A DNA stretch of 64,000 nt. It comes from Pelagomonas calceolata (Eukaryota). The stretch is from the NCBI GenBank assembly GCA_918797485.1, contig CAKKNE010000002.1:4588001-4652000 (forward strand), given 5' to 3'. The position numbers were made by a program, and so were the translations under genes. Shown here one piece after another: positions 30,719-39,006 of the stretch; the first letter of the stretch is position 1, and every line of letters starts with the position of its first letter. The notes under the pieces were generated by a model, which saw only the letters and a list, made by a program, of their open reading frames with translations, had not been told where the DNA came from and made no database searches.

Positions 30719-33700
30719 ATGGAGCAACCAACAATGAAGAGCGTCCAGTCCGCCGCGACGAAGGACGGCCTCGGTGGACTCGAAAGAGAACTGCATGCGA
30801 CCTTCCAGGCGTCGCGCCTGCCCGCGCGCCAGAAGCACGAGCATGCTCTAGTTGCCCAAATAACAAATGCCTGCGAGGACCACTCGCCGGAGGGCGTGGC
30901 CTTCGTCATGAACCCTTTGGTGGTGCTGGGGCCGCCTGGGAGCGGTAAGTCGACCATCGTCGCGGCTTGGTTGGCGAAGCGCCGAGCGGCCGAGAAAAGG
31001 TTAATAAGGCAGCACCCGTCACTCACGCCGGAGTTCCAGTTCGTCCACGTCGTCGGGTGTACCCGACAAAGTCTCTTGGTGAGAGAGTTGCTCAATCGAT
31101 TGGTGTCGGAGTTAGTGCAGCGATTTGATTTGCCAGAGCCCCGCGACTGGTCGCCAAAGACCCTAGCCTGGAAATTGCCCGGACTGCTCGAGAAGGCGGG
31201 CGCGAAGGGCGACGTGTTGATTGTTATTGATGGCTTGAATCGCTTGCGGAACGACGACGGCGAGGTGAATCTAGCCTGGCTGCCGCAGGTGTTTCCGCCC
31301 AACGTGCGGGTCGTAGTAGCTACTACTCTACCCACGGGCATGGAATTGCCCGATGCGGCCTCAATGTTGTTAGATGACGACGACGTCGTGCTGGAAGGCC
31401 ATGCCGCGGAATTACGGAGGAACCAACGGCGCGTCGTAGCCGAACTAAGGAGAAGAAGGTGGCACGTCGCGCGCGCGGACTGCAACGAGACCACCAAGAG
31501 TAGTATCATGCGTACGTATTTGGAGTGGCACGAGCCGGACCACGAGAGCGACGACGAGACGCACGTTTCCGACTCCGTCTTCCTCACGACGACGGGCCAG
31601 ACGCTGGGCAGCGGTTCCATTGAAAGCAGTACATTAACGAAGCCCTCGCAAGGACCGCGAAGAGGCGCTCTCAGAGAACGGTCCCAAGCTAAATTAGATT
31701 TATTTGACGCGCAGCACCGAGCGCTGGAAGACACGCCTACTTCTTCTCTGACGCTAGCGACGTTTCTACGAGCGTTGGTCTGGTCCGCGGCGCGCGGCTT
31801 CGACGTCTGGTCGCTCCAAGAGCACTGGCTGTCGACGGAGAAAGAAAGTACTCCCGAAGAACTTTTTGAACACATATTGGACACCTGGGAGGCGGGCCAC
31901 GACGATTCGGAGGAGAAGAGGGAACGGGCTCGACGCGCTTCCAACGAGGCCGGCGTCATGGTCGGCCGGGATTTGAAACGTAGATTGGCCAATGTCGTTT
32001 CTTCGTCCGAGTCGGAGGCCGAGTCGACGGATTCGGAGGGGCCCGCCGCCGCCGATCGGAACTCGTTGTCGGGACGCTTCGCGAGCGACCACCCCGCGAC
32101 GACCGGAAGTCGCCGGTCCCTCGACCACGTCCAGTCACCTACAACAGATAGAGTGCGTGTCAAAGGGGAGGCGACGCCGTGCGACGCCCACGCCATCGCG
32201 GACCAGAAGTGGCTCAAGGTGCAAGCAGGATGCGCTAGGAGGTTGGACCACGTGCTGGAGGTGGCGTCGCTGGTCACGGAACGACTACTCGCGACCGACG
32301 CTCAAGATCATTCGTTCCTAGATGCCTTCCTGCAAGGCGTCGACGACCTCGAAGACGACAAGGAGGAGTCGCTCGTATCCATGAGCATCCCGACGGGCGG
32401 CGCGTCGCTCGTAGAAGAGCCAACAGTGGTCGAGGAAGCTCCCGCCGAGCCGCCCGCACCTTCACCCGTGGAAGAGGCCGAAGAAGAGAGTGATGATGAC
32501 TACGGCGACGACTCCTACGAGGACGAGGAGTACGGCGATGATGATTTTGACGACTTCGAAGACGAGGGCGGAGACTTCTCGCAAGATATCAGTATAGAAG
32601 ACTATTTGCGGAAGGTCTTCGCGAGTGTGGACGTCAATGGGGACGGGGAGATCTCTACCCAAGAAGCGGTGAAGGCCGTCAGGTCAGATCCCGAGTTTGC
32701 TGCGATGCTTGGATTTGACTCCGCTATACAAGTGAAGCGCTCGGACTACACGAAGGACCAATTGGAAATGGCTCTTGAGCAGCTGGATACGGACGAGTCT
32801 GGTAGCGTGAGCTGGGAGGAGTTCCGGAACGCGTTTTTGCCGCCCTCCGTCGACGAAGATACGTATCAGGAGACCTTTGACGAAGCCGAGGACCCCTTCG
32901 CTTCGTATCTTAGAGATTATGAGACCTACCTCAAGGCGGTCTTTGACCAGTGTGACAGTAACAGCGATGGCCAATTATCCTATCAAGAAATCGTAAATGC
33001 TCTATCTTCAGATGAGTTCGTGGAAATCGCCGTCGACGCCATGGGCTTTGTGGAGTCCGGCGTGTCTCGGGAAGAGTTCGCCCGACAATTTCTCGCAGCG
33101 TGCGACTGGGACGGCGACCGAGCGATCGACTGGAGCGAGTTCCGCGAAGCGGCTCTGGCGTCGGCGCTGGACGCCATGCACGAGGCGCGCATGGAGCACG
33201 CCTTGCGGGAGGTGTTTGAGCGCATCGACACGGATGGTTCTGGATCCATAGACATCCGGGAAGCTGTGGAGGGTCTCCGGGACGACGCCGATTTCGCTGA
33301 TATACTAGGCTTCTGGAGCACGCACCAAGCTAATAGAGAAGATGGTAGTCTCGACTATTTGTTGGATCAGCTGCAAGCTCTAGATACGAACCAAGATGGT
33401 GTCATTTCGTGGGCTGAGTTCCGGGCCTCCGTGTTCGGTGGCGAAGAGGCTGAAGAACCAGTAGTCCAGGAAACGGAACCACTCCCGGACTACCTGTTGG
33501 GTGGGTCCAAGGTGCCTGGGTTGGGTACGTTGCTGGGGGACGCGCTGGCGCTGCTATGCGTCGCGCGCTACGGCCTGCTCGAGGACGAGCTCTGGGCGCT
33601 GCTCGGTGACTTGGATCGGGAACGCAAGGAGGATTTGGAAGCGTATGAAAAAAGACAAGCTGATCTGGAACGAGAACGCCTGGAACAGGAGAACGAGCTC

Positions 33701-36700
33701 ACGAGACATTCGGTCATCGAGACAGATCAAAAAGAGGAAAGCGACGAGGACCTGGACGACCTGGAGGCCTTCCTGTCCGATGACGGTGCGGTGCGCGCGT
33801 CGGAGCCTACCGTGTTTCCTCCAGAAGTTGTGGAAGAGCTTCCCAAAATGCTCGCGGCGCTCGGCGTGCTGTGGGACCCCGTGGAGCGGTGTTTGGTGCT
33901 GCCTCTTGAGAGTGAGGCTTTACGCACAGTAGTTCATCAAAGATATGTGGCACCCGGCGCGGAACGGGTGCGGATCTCGCTCCTGAGGGAACGCGAGGCG
34001 TTCGAGCGCGAGAGAAATTCATTGTGGGGCCAGGCCGACGCAAGTCATCAATCGACACTCACGACGGAGGAGGAGAGTAGAGGTGGGGACTGGTGGCACG
34101 CGCGCGTTGCCGCTTACTTTGCGGCAAGACCACCTTCGCGACGACGCGCGGAAGAATTACCGTGGCATCTGAAGGAGTGCCGCCAGTGGACGCCTCTCTG
34201 TGAGGCATTGTCGGACATTCATACGTTTGAGGTCATGTTCCTGGGGCCGCCCCAGATGAAGCTGGAGCTCGCGAGCTACTGGAAGCTTCTGGTAGATGGA
34301 CCCTTGTTTCTGTCCGAGGCCGCGGAGCACGCCCAGGCCGTGGCCCACCAGGGCATGACGCCCAATCAAATCATCCTGTCTGGTTTAGATACGGCCCACG
34401 CCCTGGGGTTGACCGAGTCTCGCGCGAAGCGAGACGGGCACGAGCACCAGGCCGCGCGTTTCGACGTGGTAGACTGCTACACGAAGTCCATTGATGTGTG
34501 GCACGCCGAGGAGAAACCGTCGTTGCATCGTCTCCAAGAATGTTTACATCGCATTGGCGACTTCCTGGTCGTTTTTTCCGAGACCGTAGACCCGGCCGCA
34601 CCGTTTCTCCGCGGAAATCTGAACTGGGAGCGGTTGGAGGGCATCGGCGTGCCGAAGCCGACGCCCTGCAAGACGCTGGAGAGTACACCATCAATCATTC
34701 CCGATGATAGTAGCTATAATTCCAATCAAGACGCGTCCGTGGGCCTCGGGGCCGCGGACGACGCCACTGTCAATAGTTTGGAGTTCCTGCTGCAGGGTGC
34801 CGGCGTGCCGAACGCTGGTTTAGTACAAAGAGATCGCCAGCAGAACTTCTACCATTTCTGGCGCTGGACCTGGATCCAATATGTATGGTCGGCTATGGCT
34901 AGTGGCGCCGCGGTCAGTTGGGCCGTGGGCAATATATATAGGGGCGTGCCCGAGGACGAAAGTATCGGGGAAGAAGGTGTCGAGGAGTCACAGCCTACGA
35001 ACGTACCTCTGGATACGATGGTCGGCCAATTGGCGGTGCGAGCCGCGAAAAGAGCAACAGCATCACTACATGGCTCGTCCTACAAACGGAGCTGGGAGAT
35101 CAAGCGCAAGGACCCCATCAACGGCGCGAATTTGGCGCACCTGACGGAGCACCAGTTCCGGTCGCGAGCAAGGCCCAATCCTCTGAAAGACGCTCCTTTA
35201 TCTTTGCGAGATGGCGGTTTTCGGTCCATGGCCCGACTAGCTGCGGGTGTGGACTTGGACGCGGCGTGCGGTCCCCTACGCCTAGGGCAAGAAGAATATG
35301 GTAGCGTGCAGGAGGAGGAGTCACTCTTCAGTGAAGACGCTCTTTCTCCGGATGATCGCACGATCAATACGATGGATAGGATAGATGCCCAAACATCGAA
35401 GGGCAACCCGTTGACGGCGGATCTGACCCTGGCCAAGCTCCACGCTACGAAATCACCGGAAGGGAGGAAGATGGTTAGGTTGCGACGTGTCGCGAATCGA
35501 CTACTACCTCGTAGAATGAGGATCGGCCCGACGTACGGCGACGGGAAGAACATCCATTTGGAGAATGGTGCCGGTCCGTATTCCGCGTCATCAATAAGAT
35601 ACCAGCGGCGCGGCACGCGCTTCCCGACCGCCGCGAAGCACATCGAGGAGACGCAACGGGCGAAGCTGAAAGCTTTGGATAAGCATACGGTCAAGTGCCT
35701 GAAGCGGTTCGGGGGCGTCACGGAGCCGCAGGACCTCATGGGGCAGATCAAGCTCAAGGAGATTGAAAGGATGACGGACTCTGTGGCGAGAAATTGCAAG
35801 GACATTGGAAGCTTAAATCACACGTCGATGATCTTCCCGGCCCAACCCTTCGACCTCGTGCTGGCGCAAGCGAACGCTCAGAACGGGATGCTCCGGACGG
35901 AGTGCGATAGATTAGTTGCGGCGCGGCGCGAGAAGCGGCGGCAGTTGGAGAAGGACGAGGTCGAGCTCGCGGACATGAACCGGGCGAACGACTTTTGTTT
36001 GACGCAGCTTACCAGGGGCGAGGAGACGCTGAAGATCCTCGATGATCGCTTGACGAATGTGCGGGTGGCTCTCGCCGAAGCTGCTGCGTTGGGTGCTTGT
36101 TACGGCGAGATCGTGCGAGCGGCGCAAGAGGATCGACCGACGGGCTGTGCGCAGCGCATGGAAGTTGTCGAGAGGCAACTCAAATTAGCCCAAGTGCAAG
36201 CTGAGGACTTGATCGAGCAGCGTCGAACCTTGCACGAGCGCGTGGAAGATGATGCTGCCAAGAGGACACCTCACTATCATAGAGAGCAGCAGAAGTGGCA
36301 GGCCATGAGAGCTGTTACCAGAGAACGAAATAGATTAGTGTTATTCTCGGTCAACGAGCTCAATGAGAAGATCGACGCTTGTATCGCACGCATGAACCCT
36401 CCCCCAGTGGAGGAAGTACCTGTTATCTATGAGGAGGAGGAGGACAAGCATGCTACTCTTAATAAGCTCGCTATTGCAAGGATGTTCAAAACTACCATGG
36501 CCCATGGCTCAGCTATGGATGTGTTGACCGCGTTGGAGGATCTGAATCAAAAACTGAAGATTGCCGCGGGTGCGACCGACCCGGAGGGCGTCGCTCACAA
36601 GTTACGAACAGCTAGGGAGTTGAGTGCTTCATTGGAGCACCAGCACCACCAGGCCGTGGCCAAGGCGTCGCACCTGAAGACGCAATTGGAGCGCCACCAG

Positions 36701-37732
36701 CAAATTCTATCAGATATGAAGATGACCGGCGAGTCGGCTGTGCCGGATCCGGTCGTTACGTTGGACGATGGGACAGTGGCCACTCTCTCCTCCACAAAGA
36801 CCCCAGACCTCTTCCAGGCCGACCTGGATCTGGAGCACGCTCGTCGCACGGCGAACGAAGCGCAGCGCGACATTGCAAGCGTCAGCACGGGTGTCATACA
36901 CTTGGCCAAGCTCCTGGAGGCCTACACGAAGAAGACGCCCAAGGACGACCCCGTCAAGAGGCTGTCACTCGATAGAAATACTATCAGAGACGTGGAGCGC
37001 GGCGATTTGCCGGACCTCGAGAAGGTCGACACCGAGAGGGCGGCCGTCGTCCGGTTACTGTCGAGGTGTGAGCTGACGATCGTGAGCGTGCGCGAAGCTT
37101 TAGCTATTGCCAAACAATTAGGGGACGATGATGATGATGATAATGGCATGATCGACGCGTGCCACCAAAGCCCGAAGAAAGGGCATAGCCTTGAAGGGCC
37201 AGTTAGGTTACATAAAACACAACCCCTGGACCACCACGACGGCCCGGACTTCATGCACCGACACTGCGACCCTAGTGTTCGTGCGCGCACGCGTCGGTCC
37301 GTCGAGAAGGAAGTGTCGAAGGCCGCGAAGCGCCGAGCGAAGGCCGACCGCGAGGCCGCGAAACTCGATGACATGCCCCGGCCGATCGTCGACGCGCCGG
37401 CGGCCTTAATTGTCAAGCGCGCCATGGGCCGGAAGGCCGTGCAAGACGCCCAGCGGCAAGCCAATATGCTCAGTCGCTTGAAGCAAGGCGCTCGGGCTCC
37501 GTTGGGCGTTGCCGTCGCCGAGGCGCTGCGGACGACGAAGGACGCGGCGGACGCGGAGTTTCGTCAATCGCGCGGCCGCAAGCCGCGCCAGCTCGGGCTG
37601 TCGACGCCCGGCCTGCCTCTGACGACGCGGGATCTGGTGAAATCCCAAGCGGCCGAAATTGCAGCGCAGAAGGAGCGGGAGCGGCTCGAGGCTGCTAAGC
37701 GGAAGCGCATGTTGGAGATGATGGAGGACTAA
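30719..37732 (+). CDS. Giant NACHT/P-loop (NPHP3/TEP1-like) protein with an internal EF-hand cluster and long C-terminal coiled coils, 2337 aa
   Basis: Walker A GPPGSGKS, Walker B LIVIDGLN, WLPQVFPPNVRVVVAT and RRAEELPWHL. Six EF-hand loops: DVNGDGEISTQE, DTDESGSVSWEE, DSNSDGQLSYQE, DWDGDRAIDWSE, DTDGSGSIDIRE and DTNQDGVISWAE. Confidence 0.85.
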   Translation: MEQPTMKSVQSAATKDGLGGLERELHATFQASRLPARQKHEHALVAQITNACEDHSPEGVAFVMNPLVVLGPPGSGKSTIVAAWLAKRRAAEKRLIRQHPSLTPEFQFVHVVGCTRQSLLVRELLNRLVSELVQRFDLPEPRDWSPKTLAWKLPGLLEKAGAKGDVLIVIDGLNRLRNDDGEVNLAWLPQVFPPNVRVVVATTLPTGMELPDAASMLLDDDDVVLEGHAAELRRNQRRVVAELRRRRWHVARADCNETTKSSIMRTYLEWHEPDHESDDETHVSDSVFLTTTGQTLGSGSIESSTLTKPSQGPRRGALRERSQAKLDLFDAQHRALEDTPTSSLTLATFLRALVWSAARGFDVWSLQEHWLSTEKESTPEELFEHILDTWEAGHDDSEEKRERARRASNEAGVMVGRDLKRRLANVVSSSESEAESTDSEGPAAADRNSLSGRFASDHPATTGSRRSLDHVQSPTTDRVRVKGEATPCDAHAIADQKWLKVQAGCARRLDHVLEVASLVTERLLATDAQDHSFLDAFLQGVDDLEDDKEESLVSMSIPTGGASLVEEPTVVEEAPAEPPAPSPVEEAEEESDDDYGDDSYEDEEYGDDDFDDFEDEGGDFSQDISIEDYLRKVFASVDVNGDGEISTQEAVKAVRSDPEFAAMLGFDSAIQVKRSDYTKDQLEMALEQLDTDESGSVSWEEFRNAFLPPSVDEDTYQETFDEAEDPFASYLRDYETYLKAVFDQCDSNSDGQLSYQEIVNALSSDEFVEIAVDAMGFVESGVSREEFARQFLAACDWDGDRAIDWSEFREAALASALDAMHEARMEHALREVFERIDTDGSGSIDIREAVEGLRDDADFADILGFWSTHQANREDGSLDYLLDQLQALDTNQDGVISWAEFRASVFGGEEAEEPVVQETEPLPDYLLGGSKVPGLGTLLGDALALLCVARYGLLEDELWALLGDLDRERKEDLEAYEKRQADLERERLEQENELTRHSVIETDQKEESDEDLDDLEAFLSDDGAVRASEPTVFPPEVVEELPKMLAALGVLWDPVERCLVLPLESEALRTVVHQRYVAPGAERVRISLLREREAFERERNSLWGQADASHQSTLTTEEESRGGDWWHARVAAYFAARPPSRRRAEELPWHLKECRQWTPLCEALSDIHTFEVMFLGPPQMKLELASYWKLLVDGPLFLSEAAEHAQAVAHQGMTPNQIILSGLDTAHALGLTESRAKRDGHEHQAARFDVVDCYTKSIDVWHAEEKPSLHRLQECLHRIGDFLVVFSETVDPAAPFLRGNLNWERLEGIGVPKPTPCKTLESTPSIIPDDSSYNSNQDASVGLGAADDATVNSLEFLLQGAGVPNAGLVQRDRQQNFYHFWRWTWIQYVWSAMASGAAVSWAVGNIYRGVPEDESIGEEGVEESQPTNVPLDTMVGQLAVRAAKRATASLHGSSYKRSWEIKRKDPINGANLAHLTEHQFRSRARPNPLKDAPLSLRDGGFRSMARLAAGVDLDAACGPLRLGQEEYGSVQEEESLFSEDALSPDDRTINTMDRIDAQTSKGNPLTADLTLAKLHATKSPEGRKMVRLRRVANRLLPRRMRIGPTYGDGKNIHLENGAGPYSASSIRYQRRGTRFPTAAKHIEETQRAKLKALDKHTVKCLKRFGGVTEPQDLMGQIKLKEIERMTDSVARNCKDIGSLNHTSMIFPAQPFDLVLAQANAQNGMLRTECDRLVAARREKRRQLEKDEVELADMNRANDFCLTQLTRGEETLKILDDRLTNVRVALAEAAALGACYGEIVRAAQEDRPTGCAQRMEVVERQLKLAQVQAEDLIEQRRTLHERVEDDAAKRTPHYHREQQKWQAMRAVTRERNRLVLFSVNELNEKIDACIARMNPPPVEEVPVIYEEEEDKHATLNKLAIARMFKTTMAHGSAMDVLTALEDLNQKLKIAAGATDPEGVAHKLRTARELSASLEHQHHQAVAKASHLKTQLERHQQILSDMKMTGESAVPDPVVTLDDGTVATLSSTKTPDLFQADLDLEHARRTANEAQRDIASVSTGVIHLAKLLEAYTKKTPKDDPVKRLSLDRNTIRDVERGDLPDLEKVDTERAAVVRLLSRCELTIVSVREALAIAKQLGDDDDDDNGMIDACHQSPKKGHSLEGPVRLHKTQPLDHHDGPDFMHRHCDPSVRARTRRSVEKEVSKAAKRRAKADREAAKLDDMPRPIVDAPAALIVKRAMGRKAVQDAQRQANMLSRLKQGARAPLGVAVAEALRTTKDAADAEFRQSRGRKPRQLGLSTPGLPLTTRDLVKSQAAEIAAQKERERLEAAKRKRMLEMMED

Positions 37733-37758
37733 GATACTAGTATTGTCACATTATACAG

Positions 37759-38532
37759 CTAGTGGCCGCCGCAATCCGCCCAGATCGATACGATGTGGTG
37801 TATCACTTCGACCGGGAGACCGGGGAATTTTGGGATGAAGATCGCTGCGAGTCGCGCGCGGTGGGCGCGCTCGTAAGCGCGGTAGCCGCCTGGGGTCGCG
37901 GCGATCTTTCTGAGGTACGCGTTGCGGCGACTTATGGGCGGCAGCGTGGCGCCGGCCCTGAGGAGGGGAGCGTAGGCCCGAACATTGCGCGTTAGTGTCG
38001 CACCCTCCATGGCCGTATACTTAGGGACACGGAGCCTCCGGTGGACATTGGCACCCGCAGCAATGAGCCGAGCGACAGTGTCGGCGCACGCGTTCCGGGC
38101 TGCCGTGTACAGCACAAAAAAACCATGATCGTCAGTTGCTTCGATTTCGGCGCCGGCTGCCATTAGTTGTGCGACTATGCTACTGGGCGGAAAGTCTCTG
38201 TCATAGACAGCGGCCATCAAGGGCGTCAAATCAACGGTAGGGTACATTCCACATCTCGCGTTCACGTTCGCGCCGGCACGCAGTAATGCAGCGACAATCG
38301 CCTCGCGCTCGCGAACCTTTTCCCTCCATATTGGCGGCGCCATCGTGACCACCGACGGGGGCGGCCTCGCTTTGCAAGCGACGTACAGAGGCGTCCTGCC
38401 CGATTCGTCGATAGCGTCGACGTTGGCGCCAGCCGCGAGCGCACGGCGCAGCGCCTCAACGTCTAAATTTCGTACTGCTGCATGGATCGCAGGCAGCGGC
38501 TGCGCATCTGAGTCCGATTCCGAGTCCGACAT
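37759..38532 (-). CDS. Ankyrin-repeat protein
   Basis: ALAAGANVDAIDESGRTPLYVAC, LLRAGANVNA and LTPLMAAV. C-terminal tail ...LPVEVIHHIVSIWADCGGH. Confidence 0.85.
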   Translation of the reverse strand: MSDSESDSDAQPLPAIHAAVRNLDVEALRRALAAGANVDAIDESGRTPLYVACKARPPPSVVTMAPPIWREKVREREAIVAALLRAGANVNARCGMYPTVDLTPLMAAVYDRDFPPSSIVAQLMAAGAEIEATDDHGFFVLYTAARNACADTVARLIAAGANVHRRLRVPKYTAMEGATLTRNVRAYAPLLRAGATLPPISRRNAYLRKIAATPGGYRAYERAHRARLAAIFIPKFPGLPVEVIHHIVSIWADCGGH

Positions 38533-38701
38533 CCGCGCGGCTCACGCTCACACAAGTAGCTCTGTGCACAGTCGGGATGTGACTAGTGCCAGACAGCCGC
38601 ACGACTGCCGCCTTGGCAGAGAGCACGAGACAGCAAGTTTGAATCGTTTTGCTCGCCGCTGGAACAGCGCCGCGTACATACACACACGCGACCCGAGATT
38701 A

Positions 38702-38725
38702 GCTAGCGGCATATAAAGACACTAG
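38702..38725. promoter_or_regulatory. Copy of recurrent upstream motif (reverse orientation)
   Basis: gctagcggcatataaagacactag lies between divergent starts at 38532(-) and 39007(+). Confidence 0.6.
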
Positions 38726-39006
38726 CACGCAAGGATCCCCTCCCCGGCACGGCCACGCCCTCGCTCGCGACGCGTCACGAGACCTCTCGAATCCCTCTCC
38801 GCCTTCAAGAATTGATTCCAAGCCTCTGCGCTGCCCCTGCAGCAGAAGGCAGGAGGACGGCGGCCGCGCGCGCAGCAGGCCCCGCGGACGCACGCGAGGC
38901 ATCCGTACCGGGCTCACGACCGGGCTTGACGCCGCCCCCGCGCCGCCGCAGCGATCCCAGCTCCTTAACATCAGAGTGACAGCGGGGCAGCCCCGGACGC
39001 GCCACC

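Noticed and set aside
30565..32277. 570-aa minus-strand ORF and many other long antisense or alternative-frame ORFs (e.g. 51912..53210, 58328..59488, 42055..43035)
   Set aside because: They overlap well-supported genes, are Ser/Arg/Ala-rich shadows expected in high-GC coding DNA, and carry no recognisable motifs.
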